A DNA stretch of 62,990 nt, filler included, from Choristocarpus tenellus KU-1152 (GCA_964200185.2; 12 parts of 12 records of this genome joined end to end with filler, not necessarily neighbours in it), one strand, 5' to 3'; positions 1 to 12,451 are shown, counted from the first letter of the whole stretch. Made by a program: numbers and translations. Notes: a model not told the origin generated them from the sequence alone.

Positions 1-1899
1 CCCCAGATACTTTGACCTTGATGTCAATATTCCATAGGTTACCAACTACAGCAGCAGGCAAGTGACAGAAACGTTGTGAGGGGAATGAGTGGATTTGAGG
101 GAGGGTCGTATTGCTCACATACATCCTGGACGCTTGTGAGATCAAGGTAATAGGGTCTGGAACAAGCTCTCAAGGAGGACTCCATCGCCAGGTACACGAA
201 ACTCTCAAGTCGTGTATCCTGCCAACACCCTTGCCACCCCCACCAACACATTTGTCCCGCCAGACCTTGCTTTTTATTGTCTTGAATTCAAAATGAATCC
301 CTGTTCCATAACCTGCCTCCTGGCCCTGACCATAGGTACTGGCTATTGGCAACGAACATACTAAATGCCCAAAGCAAGCTGAATTCGCTGCAGCAGTGAG
401 TCATGATGTACATGACCAAAATGCTCATGACCTCACAGAGTTCCTGCAGAGACTGTGGGTGGGCGTCCAACAAGGAGAGAGGGTGAGGAAGACTGTGAGC
501 CTTGCTTGGTAGAGGCATTGAGTAACCTCCAGATGAAGGCTAGTGAGCTTTCAACCATAAACAGTATCGATAGGGCTCAGTAACGGCTACAAAGAGAAGA
601 GCAAGAGTGTGTAGTTGAGGCCTTCGCACAGGACACATAGGACGATGAGCTAGTACTAGACGTAGCTTGTTGTGTTGCAATCACTACGAATAAAGGCTGA
701 TTAGGAAGTTAATGCATCAGAAGGCTAGAGTATAACACATGGTGGTGGTGGTGATCGAGGTGGAGGGGCAGCAAGCCTTCTTCCGCCTCCCTTTTTTGAA
801 TCGCTACCTCTTTTCTTGATTTGGAGGCAAAGTCTACACATATAGAGGATTAGATCAAGCTGCACATTATATATATATTCTTGCACCATGGCCTAAATGG
901 AGGTTGTAGAGTGCTTCCACTTCGAGACGACAGAGATAACACGCAATTCCTTTACTGAGGAGAGGTGCTGTGCGGTATGTTGTTTCTGTTCTGTGTGCCA
1001 GCAATTTTAACTCGACGCATACAACGTTTCAGGGACAGAGCGCCATATATCTGAACGAAAAACACAAACCAACATTTTTACTGCACATATTTAAAAAACA
1101 GTTTTTTTTTGTGAGTCGTTACAGGCGTTTATTTTGTTGTTCAATTTATGTCATGTATTTGAAGTTTGAAATAGTGACTAGGGTTAACGGCCACTTCTCC
1201 CAATAAGGCATGTCAAACAAAAACTCAACTTTTTTGGATTGACCTAGCATGCCTTAAAATAGTACCCCTACTTTACCATTTTGAAGATATTATGAAAATA
1301 GTTATTACTTCCAAGTTTTTGAGAGATGTTTTTTTGATGTTGGAAGAAAGAACAAAATTATAACATTTACTATAGTATTATTAAATATTAATAGTAGTAG
1401 AATATATGTCATAGCAAAATAGGAAACCGATAAACGTTTTTCACTTTTGTGACAGCATTTACTTCCAGGAATTTTTCAAACATATGAACAGTTTTCATTA
1501 GTTTTTCTCCTAACACATCTATAAAATATCAGAGTTAAATATATATATTACTATTCAATTAGTAATACAACACTAAAATAGAAGAACGTTTTTACAAAAA
1601 CTTCAATCAATACAATCATTCCATACGAAAAAGAAAAGTAAAATTATAAACATACACATTTTTATCCCCACGGCATTTTGTACAACATAGTAGTATTACA
1701 TCAAACGTTAGAGACTTAAAGTAATACAACCACATACACAGAATTTTGATAGCTCAGTCCAAAAATAAAAACATTAACCAACATTTTAAATAAAAGTTTA
1801 TGAAGTAATCTGAGTATTGTGAGCGGAAGAATTCTGGTTGACTGAGGGCACAGGACAAGTGAGGGTAGAGGAAAGAAAAAGAAGGAAGCAAGAAGGGAA

Positions 1900-2140
1900 C
1901 GAATAGTTAAGGAATGACCCGAAATAATTGCAAGTAATAGGAATAATTGCGTGTATTGAACAAGAAGCATTCCAGTCACCTTTGCTCCAACTGGGCTTCT
2001 TGCACCCTGGCCATTGGGAATTTACACAACATTTCTCCTTGTATTTTCCTAGTAAAGTGTTTGGAGGTGATATCCGAGAGCGGTGTGTTGTGGATGGAAT
2101 GTCGAAGATGAGTGGGACCGTAAGTTGTGTATTGACTTGT
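1900..2140 (-). pseudogene. Decayed chromodomain-like remnant, possibly a Ty3/gypsy chromovirus integrase C-terminus
   Basis: Frameshifted minus-strand translation DITSKHFTRKIQGE...QWPGCKKPSW resembles the chromodomain I..H...R......W.G....SW core; interrupted. Confidence 0.3.
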
Positions 2141-2300
2141 GGTTCTTGAAATCCCCAACATTAATTATTTATCTTCTTCTATTTCACTCCTCATATAGCA
2201 CACATACACAGTAATCAATATTTTCTCTTAGAATGTAAAGATGACAAATCCATTATAGGCAGTTATAGTGATATTCTCGTGACGCCATTGATTGTCTCAT

Positions 2301-2365
2301 GGTGTATTCTGTGGTGGAGTGGTTCACTTAGGCTAGGGTGGTGAAGAGAATCACTGGGAAAGATG
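2301..2365 (+). repeat. Dispersed repeat (possible LTR 5' end); second copy at 12255-12318
   Basis: gtgtattctgtggtggagtggttcacttaggctagggtggtgaagagaatcactgggaaagatg vs gtgtgattctgtggcggcgcggttcactcaggcaagggtggcgaagagaatcaccgggcaagacg (second copy runs into a contig end). Confidence 0.6.
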
Positions 2366-3974
2366 CACCAGACGGACCAAGACGAACTATAACCGAGAGG
2401 ACAAGGTTAAGGTTTGATAAGTGTAAGACTGCAGAAAACAAGGACTAAGGAAGTTGGGGGAGGATCACGGTTCGGATGGGTGTTCAGAAAATAAACCTTT
2501 CAGAGATGAGAGATCAGCCTCCAGAAAAACGTGCTCATGAAGAAACGTCACGGGAAGTCACAGAAACCTATCGTTCCAAAGATCTTCCACACAGTTGAAC
2601 CGAAGTTCTCAATAAATAACCTTGATCGTTTTGTCGGTATATTGCATATGGCAATAACGGTATGATAACAGGCAACCCTGCTTTCCAGAAGTGACCTGCT
2701 ATTTTCCGGTTAGTGAGGTACCTTAACCTCACACTCACTCCACTCCTTATCATCAGCTGATGTCACACCTTTAACTCCATACCACATCAACATCACCCCA
2801 TCACCCTCTTACGACACCAACTTCACACCACCACCTTAACACCACACCAACAGCTCCACAACACCAACTCGTTACCACCCCAATCATGCCACCCCTCCAT
2901 AAATACACTCTCCATATCACCTCAGTCAATTTCCACCTAGTATTCCCTCACCAAATAGTGCTTCCCACTTTCTGTGTGTCCGGTGACACACCAGTAATGC
3001 GGCCAATCAATGTCTGAGTATCCACACACACACTGGTGGGGGCAATTGCGATGAATCTATTCTTCTAAACCTATGAGCAAATATTTCCGCATATCCACTC
3101 ACACCAATGACACCACTTTCCGTGTACCCACTTCCAAACCAATGCAAACAATTTCCATGTATCCACTCCCACACACCAATCCTTCCAAAATACTGATGCG
3201 CACAGGGGAACATCCCTTTCTTCCAGAGGTATCACAGACTCGGGGAACCCCGACTGAAATATTTCTCACCTCATTTTCGAACCATTTTCGGAACTATTTT
3301 GAGCTTCACTATCTAACCATTTCACACTATTTTTCGAACCATTTTGACACGTTTTTGGGGATGTTTTTGGAGATCAGTTTAAGCGCTTCGTGTCAAGCTT
3401 CGGGGGATATATTTGTGAATGATTTTAGCACTTTGTACTCTGTGTTTGGTTATGTTTTTTGAGACATTTTCTATTATTTTGGGGATGTTTTATGGTATAA
3501 TTATGTATGTCTTTGGGAACGTTTTCACCACTTTGGTACATTATCTATCTAGTTTCCCCCAAAACTTTGACTTGGTCCTTGTCCTTGTATCCTCTCCACC
3601 CTCCTCCTGATTTGCGTCTCAACATTTGTACTGATCACTTCTCTGATTCCCAGATCTGGACATGAGGCGTCCAATCTTCAACCTTTTCTCCACCCTCCAA
3701 TGTCGTCTTTTTTCTCCATCATCAATGAATATCTTGTGTTTCATTAGTCCACTGTTACGAAATCTCCTCTACACAATGTTGGGTTACCAAGTAGGCTCTC
3801 ATCTACTATATATGTATTTGTTTTGCTCAAGAATTCTGGATTATTATTATTTTTTTCTCTTATTCCTTGTTTGCAATTCAATCATTTCCCCATTCCTTTC
3901 CTTCCCCAAGTATCCCCTAGTCTGGCCAGCCCAGTTCAACCTCTTCGCCCCTGGTTTCCTATTTATTCCCCAAC

Positions 3975-4211
3975 TCTGATGACCAACCAGTGCGAACTCC
4001 TTTCGTCACTGATTCCTAGTCACCCCCCACATTTGATGACCAACCAGTGCGACCCCTTTGTCACTGATTTCCAGTCACCCCCCCCACCCTTCAACCCCAC
4101 AACAGTTACCACTCCACTCAACCCACACCACTCAACACCACTCCACAATCATCCAAGAACACCCCTTCACGATCCACTTCATACTGTGCCTTTGAGCTAG
4201 AAGACATCTAC
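3975..4211 (+). repeat. Dispersed repeat with an internal ~57-bp tandem unit (copy 1; copy 2 at 62405-62787)
   Basis: Unit tgatgaccaaccagtgcgacccctttgtcactgatttccagtcaccccccacatt x2 here, followed by the shared tail ...ccactccacaatcatccaagaacacccc...aagacatctac. Confidence 0.85.
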
Positions 4212-4220
4212 TGTTACAGG

Positions 4221-4320
4221 NNNNNNNNNNNNNNNNNNNNNNNNNNNNNNNNNNNNNNNNNNNNTTAATTAATTAANNNNNNNNNNNNNNNNNNNNNNNN
4301 NNNNNNNNNNNNNNNNNNNN
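4221..4320. other. Artificial contig-joining spacer (N44-TTAATTAATTAA-N44); first of 11 identical spacers
   Basis: Identical 100-nt spacers with a six-frame stop linker also at 7701-7800, 12319-12418, 15860-15959, 19799-19898, 25237-25336, 31669-31768, 50064-50163, 52778-52877, 56070-56169, 59511-59610. Confidence 0.98.
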
Positions 4321-7300
4321 GGGGACCTAAGGAGGCAGGAGTGGCAATGGGTAGCTTCATGGGTGCTATGGGGTGAGTAAGGGAGTAAGGGGATTGATAA
4401 AGTGTAGGTGTATGTTTTTGAAGTAAGGGGCAAGGTGTCTGATTAGAATGGTTAAGTTTTAGGTTTCTTTGTCTTTCATGCGGCTCTTGTTCATTATTGA
4501 TGTTGCATCGTCTGTACCTCTCAAGCCTTGGATTTGTATTTTGCTGCTGCTGGCTTTTTTTTTTGTTTTTTGTGTGTCTGTGTCTGTGTCTGTGTTTATT
4601 TGCATTTCAGTCCTCTCAAGATCCGAGAGGAGGCCGACTCTTGCTCCATGGATATTGGTATGCTAGAGACCGGTTCCATAGTGAAGGTGGTGGAGGTGAG
4701 CTGTGTTTGTGAGGAGTATCTGCACTGTGCCCCTTTATTATTTATTGTTATTGTTGCTCAATAACAATATCTGATTGGTTGAGTCTCTTTTTTTAAAACC
4801 CCTAGAACATAAATTCAGTAAGATTCTTCTTCAACTGTCCATTTGCCATGAACCGTAGAGTATACAACCATAAATTATTTTCCTGAGGGTATTTCCCTGA
4901 GGGCGCGATCCAACAAGCCCAGAATAATAGCATTGACATTGCTTTCACTATGGAGTGATGCTGCAGGGTGAGTAAGTATGAGGTTTGGTGGAGAAGGTGG
5001 TTAACTAGTGATGGGGTGGATGGCCTCTGCTCTACACATGAGAACTTATGCACATAGTAGAGCATGGCAGGTGGTTAGTTACACCTAAGTTTGATGTAGT
5101 ATGATAGAGAACGACCATATTTTGGGAAGATCACACTTGTGGAATGAATGATGCGGTGGAAGTTGTGAAGCTGATACCTGAACTGGGTGAATTATTGAAG
5201 TATCCTTATTTACCTCCCCCCCCTCCATCTGGCGTCCTTCCCTCCCCTGAAATGAAATTGCAGTCGTCTGGTTTGTGGGTGAGGGTGTCTTACCATGGTA
5301 GAGAGGATGGGTGGGTTCTCACTGCCAACAAGCGAGGTCCAGTTCTTGTACTAGAGCCAAAGGCAACGGTGGCTGAGGCTGCTTGGGAGGAGCAGGAGAA
5401 AACACATGCTGCATCTGCTGCTGATTCTGAAGGTCAGTTGGGGGAGGTGGCTGAGGATCGACCAATCAAAGGCAGCGGGGATGCCTCGGGGGCAGGGGCA
5501 TTGGATGCAGCTTCGGGCTCATCCTCTGAGCATGATAACAGACCCATTGGGGGTGGTGGGAGTCTGGGTACTAGTGGAGACTCTGGAGGAGTAGAGCCGG
5601 GGAGCTTCATGACGGCGGTGGGGTGAGATGGTTGTTGGTGATGGGGGTGGTAAATGTTGCCATTTGAGTGTTTTTCTTTCTTTCTTTCTTCTTTCTTTCT
5701 TTGGTGTGTTGTGGGATGTTAGTAATGCTACTATTTTATTGTTTTAATTGTATTATGTATACATTTTTATTTTTATTTTTGAAAGTTGTTTGGAATATTG
5801 ATTTTAGTACGTAATTTTTTTTTTTTGGTATATTCTGTTTTTTTGTTTTTTTTTCCGAAGTGCTGTGATCTCAGTCTCGGTCTCGGCTTTTTTTAAATCT
5901 TACTCCACGCTTATGTAGGATCACAGATTGTACCTTAAATTGTCAACAGATCTTCCTCGATTTTTGATGTCTTTATTTTTGCTTTGTGGCTGCTACTGCC
6001 ATGTGACTGTGGCTCCGTGGCTCTGTGGGTGTGATATGGACTGCAGTCCCTTAAAGGTTCAGGAGGAGGCGGACTCTTGCTCCATGGACATTGGCATCGT
6101 AGAGACAGGTTCCATTGTTAAGATCGTTGAGGTGAGAGTGAACTTCTAGCACGTGATAAATTTTTTTCAGAAAAAAAAAAAAAAGACTTGGTTCTTGAAA
6201 AGGGACAAAAAAGGAGCAGGAAGTCTGGCTGAAAAGGAGCAGGAATATCCAGTTTTTTTTTTCTTTTTAATGTAAAGTTTTTTGGTGCGATTTTTTTGTT
6301 GTGTGTGTGTGTGTGTATGTGTGTGTGAATCAAATAGTTAAATCTGGAGGGGTTTTTTTTGGTATCTACAAGAAGAAGGTGGTACTGTGAAATAGACTTA
6401 CAGATAATGCGGTCATGTGAACATTTTTTTTATATTAACTTTTTTTTTGTATTATGACAGATCGCTTGCATTTTTTCAGGGGACCTTTTGAGTTCCCCTA
6501 TGTGCATACTTAAATATATATATATTGGTCAGGGTATCTTTGGGGTAATTTTGTTGGGCTTGGTTTTTGTGAATTAGTGATGTAAGATGACGATATTATT
6601 CTGATCATGCTGCCTACCTACCTACCCACTTGGTGGGTGGGATGACATGACTATTAGGTGATGCATGTGTATGTACATAGATGCATACATGCATGCTATT
6701 AAGACACGTGTATCTCTTTCCTCCCACCTAAACGATGATCGAGAATGGTCGTTGCTACAGGAAGAAAGTATTTTGACTATTTGATTTTTTTTTTTTAATC
6801 TTGAAGTGAGCTTTTTTTGTTTTATTTCTCAAGTGACAAGTGATCTTTTTTTTGTGAAACCACCTGAAAAATGAAAGTTTGTCTGTCCCCTGCCAAGGAA
6901 GTATGTTTGTGAGGATAGGAAGGTAAGGTGGGTTATAGCTTATGTACGCCTAGCGCATTTTATCGTGCGTTTTATCACGCGTTTTATCGTGCGTTCTATC
7001 ATGCGTTTTATCACGCGTTCTATCGTGCGTTTTATCAAGTGTTTTATCACGCGTTCTATTGTGCGTTTTATCGTGCGTTTTATCACGCGTTCTATCGTGC
7101 GTTTTATCGCGCGTTTTATTGTGCGTTGTGCACTGCAAGCTTTCGTGAGTTTTGAAGGTCAAGAAGAATGGGTTAGAAAAAGGGATGAGTGTTGAATAGG
7201 TGCCAGACCTCTTCACCTCGCGTTTGTGTGTGTGTGTATTATTTTTTCTTCTTCACTCTCTTATTATTTTTTCTTTATTCTTTTTCCCTTTTTTATTTAT

Positions 7301-7682
7301 GTATTTTTTTATTTTTTATTTTTTTTTCCCCCATAGTCAACCGGACTGTGGGTAAGAGTAGCGTACCATGGCAGAGAAGACGGATGGGTCCTCACAGCCA
7401 ACAAGCGTGGGCCCGTGCTGATTCCGGAGATGAAGGTGGCCCTGGCGGAGGGAGTCTGGGAAGAGCAGGAGGCGGCTTACAGTAGTGCATCGGCTGCACA
7501 GGAAGGTCAAGGGGTGGAAGAGGTTGGGGATCGACCAATCAAGGGGAGTGGTAGTACCTCGGGGGGAGGGGTGGATGCGCTTTCTGGAGGGGGGGGGGCT
7601 GAAGATCGACCAATCAGTGGAGGGGGAGGGGGGGGGGGGAATTGGTCGGGGTGGAAGTGGACGGTTTCATGAGTGCTATGGG
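4321..7682 (+). CDS. Internal fragment of a protein with tandem bacterial-type SH3 (SH3b/SH3_3-like) domains and Gly/Ser-rich DRPI-motif linkers
   Basis: GT-AG exons <4321-4372, 4611-4695, 5264-5622, 6047-6131, 7337-7682 with consistent phases (2,0,2,0,2). Module: FMxAMGPLKIREEADSCSMDIGMLETGSIVKVVE|SSGLWVRVSYHGREDGWVLTANKRGPVLV; copy 2 PLKVQEEADSCSMDIGIVETGSIVKIVE|STGLWVRVAYHGREDGWVLTANKRGPVLI. The last exon needs a 1-nt correction in the poly-G run near 7622-7639. Confidence 0.85.
6954..7128 (+). repeat. 12-bp intronic minisatellite (gcgtt[t/c]tatc[a/g][t/c]), about 14 copies
   Basis: Directly visible tandem array inside the 6132-7336 intron. Confidence 0.95.
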
Positions 7683-7968
7683 GTAAGTTTTTTTTTTTAT
7701 NNNNNNNNNNNNNNNNNNNNNNNNNNNNNNNNNNNNNNNNNNNNTTAATTAATTAANNNNNNNNNNNNNNNNNNNNNNNNNNNNNNNNNNNNNNNNNNNN
7801 ACCCCCCCCCCCCCAGATACTTTGACCCTGCCCAAAGGAGAACAACTAGTACTCTGGAGTAGTATATTATCCGAAAAAGAGGTTACATGTACCTGTGCTA
7901 AAACGCTGCAAAAGGACATTAACGGGAAATTATTATTTTCAATGCAGTGAATGACAATGCTGCATCAC

Positions 7969-10895
7969 CTTTTCAAGAACACCATTACCGTTGAAGGCAA
8001 ACTCGGTAATGACATTTGATCCATATTTCGCATTGAGAGAGTCCTGAAATGCGGCAAAGGTTTCCATATCCTCTCCGGACATCCGTTCCTCCTGATGAGG
8101 GCAGCGAGTGTACAAGGTGCATACAGCCAACACAAGAAGAAGAAGAAAGTGCAACAATGTCATCAGTCAACACTTCTCGGCGAGGAGTTGTATCATATCT
8201 TAGCAGTTCAACGACCTGTGTGGGCCCCAAAGTGCATCCATCCCCTAACAGGTGATGGTCGCCTCTCTCTCTTCATGACTGACGTACAAGATGTGAGCAC
8301 AGCAAAGCCATAAGCGGATACCATAGTTTGAAGTATATCATCCTTCACGAGTGATGTACTATCTCACCACTCCCTCATTGTGATCTCCATCATACACCCA
8401 CTGGGCTGTGCCGAGGAAAAGGTCATCCACCACAGGGCCCAGGTAGTAGCGCCTTTCACCCTGGAGCAGAATGCATTCAGAGTCGGAGTTCGGGTTTAGT
8501 TACATTCAATCGCAGCAAATAGACAATTCAATATTGAAGATCTTGCCTTTGTCAAAGCGGTAGGGTATCTCGAGGGTATGTCGTCAACAAAAGGTGTAAA
8601 ACAAGACAACCTGAAGGACTTGCTAATTTTCGCATAAAACCTCTTCACTCCTGTCCACACGGCTGAGAGCTGTTGCTTACAGTCGTCTGTTCACCTGGAA
8701 AGCACCCCTGGTGGCCCACTCAGCAAAAAAGTTTGCCCAAGCCCACGAGCCCATGTCAAACCAAGCAAAGCTGTAAAAAATGTGAAGCTCTTCAGGACCG
8801 TCATTCCCAATCCATTGAACAGCAGACACAGACGGTTGGTCCTCCGAGCCTTTCAAGAAAGAACCTGAAGCATCCGCGTATCTTGGGGGAAATTGAGAAT
8901 TGATTCAAAGAGAAAGGAAACGCAGAGGGGTAGAAAGGATTTCCGTCTTGTTAGTTGCATCTCCAATCTTAAGACCAAGCCTCAGCTCTTTCGAGGCCAC
9001 TAAAGTGTTGCAGTTGCAGTTGTTGGTGCTAATTGCCCGGGAAACATCTTACCAAAAAAATGGGACACAGGAAGTAAGTTTGGATATTTTGCATCATTAT
9101 GACCTTCAACACCTTGAAAATGCAATCTCAATCAGACACAACAAGTTAATTTGAGGGAGGAAAAGGAGTGGAACTCAATCCTCATCCATTTAGTGATATA
9201 GCATCACTTCGTGCCTTTGCTGGGTAAGAGTCATGCTGGCAAAATCAGGGCAGGCCACACGCAACAGCACTTGCAACTGCCACTTACGCGACCAAAATAG
9301 TGGCTTCTCCTTCGACGGTGGAGTTGGACGGTGATTGCCCCACTACTGGTCTGGTAAACATGTTGTTGGTCCGGGGGTTGGTCCGCATGTCGTCCTTGCA
9401 AACTTTGCAGATAGCATTGCCCTCCGCTGCAAACAACATGTGTAGCATTAAAGTGTTGTTACATTCGAGAAGGTTTCCATTAGCGAAAAAGGTATATTGC
9501 AGAGGACGCACAGCACAAGTTAGAATTGGTGTATGTCAGCAAAGAACCCTTTAAGGGCAATATAATCAAGTTTTTCAACACGGCCTTGCTGCCATTGATT
9601 TTTTCGTTCGTAACTTGCATTCAGTAGTTGTTATATATGTGGTCACTCACCACGGTCAAGCCTGCCAACTTATTGCCATTACATTGAACTAAGCTCTAGG
9701 CCTTACAGGAACCACACGTCGACATACCAATCTTCACTTCTTGTTCTCTAAGATTGAAATTTTGTGCATCCTTTCTTTCACAACAAAGGCCTCATTTCAA
9801 TCATTGCGCTGTTGTTGTCACTTACGAGTCAGCCTCAGACCCTCAGCGGTAGGCACTTCAGCAGAGAAAAGTGGCCCAGCGAAGTCCGGTAAGACCTTTA
9901 ATCTACCTCGCGCTTCTTCATCGTTGATAGTGTCCGCACTATCGAAGTAGACGACCCGAACCTAGGCATAGAACCATCCATGGCAGAAGCGTTTCCACAC
10001 ATTAGGGAGAAAAAAATCCATCGTACGTTCGACATACTCAGAAGTTTATTGTAGTTGTGAATCTCTAAACGGTATGAGATAAAGTCACAACATCGCAAGG
10101 ATACCTTACCGAAAATTTTCTGGCATACGCCTGAAGCTCTGTCTTCTGCTCGGCTGTGGGCACGATACCCACGTAGATCGAGTCGCACTTTCCTGACCCG
10201 TCCGCGTTCGTCAAGTCTAAGGTGCCAGTAGGGTTTACCAATACCTCCTTCGCGTCAGAGACCAGAGGGGAGATGAGGCAGGATAAGTTCTTCGCAGGTG
10301 GTGGAGAATGTACGATGTAGTGAAGATCGGGTATTGCACCCCGAACTGAGTGGTGACTACAAACAACGCCCTTGCACAATGACGACTGTTGTTTAACTGG
10401 TCGCTGCAAAACAAGAAGACACAGTCTTGCACAGGAAGCCATCGCAAACCTGAGAGGCAGACCAGAAGCCCTTGTACCACTGAGACATGACGTAAGGCTC
10501 CGCCACACCCCCGACGTCTGGGATCTGCCAGGATATTCGAAGGAATGGGAGTAGATTCGACGTGGGAAGGTAAGAACGGCATGTGGTCGATACCTCAGAA
10601 CGGTAGTCACGATGCCGACTTTCGTCTGAGAGACTCCCACGCAGAATGCGACCAATTTAGCTAGGTGCTGCTCTCTTTTTCTACATGCGTTTCAGTTGAC
10701 GGGTGGGAATGTTGATGCTTCTGCGCACCCTTGCGCAACTTCGACTTGCCGACCGAAGTTCAGTGGACTCTTATTCTTTCTTACAACATTTTGGCTGAGA
10801 TTTCGATAGGCCACTATTGTCGTTCGCCTCAACACATGGACTACCCTCACCAGGTCGCTCGCTGCCAAGATGCATGGCTGCAGATCCACGGACAC
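7969..10895 (-). CDS. Agd3-like polysaccharide deacetylase (CBM87-like N-terminal region + start of CE18-like domain); partial, 3' end cut by contig start
   Basis: Phase-consistent GT-AG exons: 10895-10851 (VSVDLQPCILAASDL), 10524-10450, 10247-10110 (EVLVNPTG...ELQAYARKFS), 9961-9826 (VRVVYFD...), 9426-9288, 8881-8695 (...EELHIFYSFAWFDMGSWAWANFFAEWATRGAFQ), 8460-8368 (GERRYYLGPVVDDLFLG...), 8091-7969 (...FQDSLNAKYGSNVITEFAFNGNGVLEK). Possible upstream exon 11261-11227. WxTRGxFxGxRRxYLxxxxDDxFL and E-x-x-x-NGNG match Agd3/CE18-family motifs. Confidence 0.8.
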
Positions 10896-11487
10896 CTGTC
10901 CGAGCGCAGGAGACAACAACGTTGCAGTGGTTGCATTATTATACTTTCACTGATGTTGTGGAGGTAAGATTTATACTGTACGTAAAAGGGGATGACTCAA
11001 TAGATAAGATCAGAAGTATATACAACTTTTAAAAGAGGGTTGTCGTTTCGAAGACACACTATTTCTGTTTTTATGACATATTATGTCCCTCCAACATTTT
11101 GTAGATGTGTGATGGGGAAAAAACAGGTGAGGTGATATATATGGAAGTACATATTATACTCATATATACTCGATAATTGTGTATCATTTGCGTATTTGGT
11201 ACCCTGCTTACTACTGCAGAAAGTACCTTTGCCGAGGTGTGGCCTATAGCATTTTGGAGATCTGTGAAATAGTTGGAAAAAAAACTAGATTGAAAATGCA
11301 TTATACGGATATTTAAAATACTATGGCGAAAAAATCGCTCTTCCTTCCCTTCTCGCCCACCTTTGTTACCCTATTGTTCGGGTGACATGGTACAACTGTT
11401 AGTGCGAACTTTTGGGCTCGTAGGGAACAATAAATGCGTTACTTGTACTATGATAGTACGGGTCATCGGTTCAGTATTAAGTGTGGG

Positions 11488-11555
11488 TATAGTTTTCATT
11501 GGTTTCCCCCCTGACACATCTATCTGCAAAATGTGAGAGGGCATATTAAAAATAA
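11488..11555 (+). mobile_element. Solo 3'-tail fragment of the CRE-like non-LTR element (hairpin + AAT-rich tail)
   Basis: tagttttcattggtttcccccctgacacatctatctgcaaaatgtgagagggcatattaaaaat; other copies at 19715-19778 (-), 22098-22135 (+), 22150-22200 (-), 56237-56300 (+), 56617-56668 (+), degenerate 20110-20160 (-). Confidence 0.7.
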
Positions 11556-12451
11556 AGAAGTGTGTATTGATTGTGTTATCGATATGATGGCGGGATAACA
11601 AAACAGTATTATATGACCTTACCGAATTGGCAAGACCCACGCATTTTTTTCTTCTCATTTTTCCCATTTTTCTTTTTTCATTACTTGTTTTTTCTTCGGT
11701 ACTACTTACTACCTTCTTTCCACTACTTTCCACCATTGGTCTGTGATCCCAATCACTACTGTGATAATAATGTACCATAACTTCTGTACAACTAAATAAA
11801 TCACCACAAAATAGTCATTATTTTCCATTCTTCGCTACTAGGGTAAATATATCACAAACTGCATCACTCAATATGCCACTTCAATATTCTGAGGGCTTCG
11901 TATAGACCATAATACTCTCTAAACAAATTGGAAAATATACAAAGCATATTTCACATTCTTGTATCCCTTTTCATGGATCGATTGATTAAAATACGATACT
12001 GGATATGGTATGTTCATAGTGTGCATGTGTGATGAGCTCTGTTCATTTGGTGTTCAGATTGTAGATGAACCAAAAGATTAAAATACTAGTAGATGTGATA
12101 ATACAATGCGCTTCTATTATTTTTCTATTCTGTTTCTACTACGACTTCGGCGATGGTAACGACCAGATGATCAGATGACATACCCACATACGTACGTGTG
12201 GCCCGAACGTCTTTATTTTTGGGGTTTGATTGATACTACAATAAGTGTGAATCGTGTGATTCTGTGGCGGCGCGGTTCACTCAGGCAAGGGTGGCGAAGA
12301 GAATCACCGGGCAAGACGNNNNNNNNNNNNNNNNNNNNNNNNNNNNNNNNNNNNNNNNNNNNTTAATTAATTAANNNNNNNNNNNNNNNNNNNNNNNNNN
12401 NNNNNNNNNNNNNNNNNNCACCCCCCCCTCCCTTCCTTAATGACCTCCAAG

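Noticed and set aside
39-520. Possible hAT transposase C-terminal remnant on the minus strand
   Set aside because: Similarity needs several frameshifts and is too weak to call by eye.
4035-4070. TGATGA...CTGA as a box C/D snoRNA
   Set aside because: Boxes are only ~25 nt apart and are part of a tandem repeat unit.
4265-4276. Regularly recurring TTAATTAATTAA as a biological repeat or CRISPR-like array
   Set aside because: Always embedded in exactly 44+44 N; an artificial six-frame stop linker.
6928-7216. ORFs encoding (AFYR/H)n, (RFIV)n and (KTHD)n repeat peptides
   Set aside because: By-product of a 12-bp intronic minisatellite that is open in several frames; no splice support.
10065-10655. 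196-aa ORF as a single-exon gene
   Set aside because: Only 10110-10247 is exonic in this frame; the rest is intron or another frame of the Agd3-like gene.
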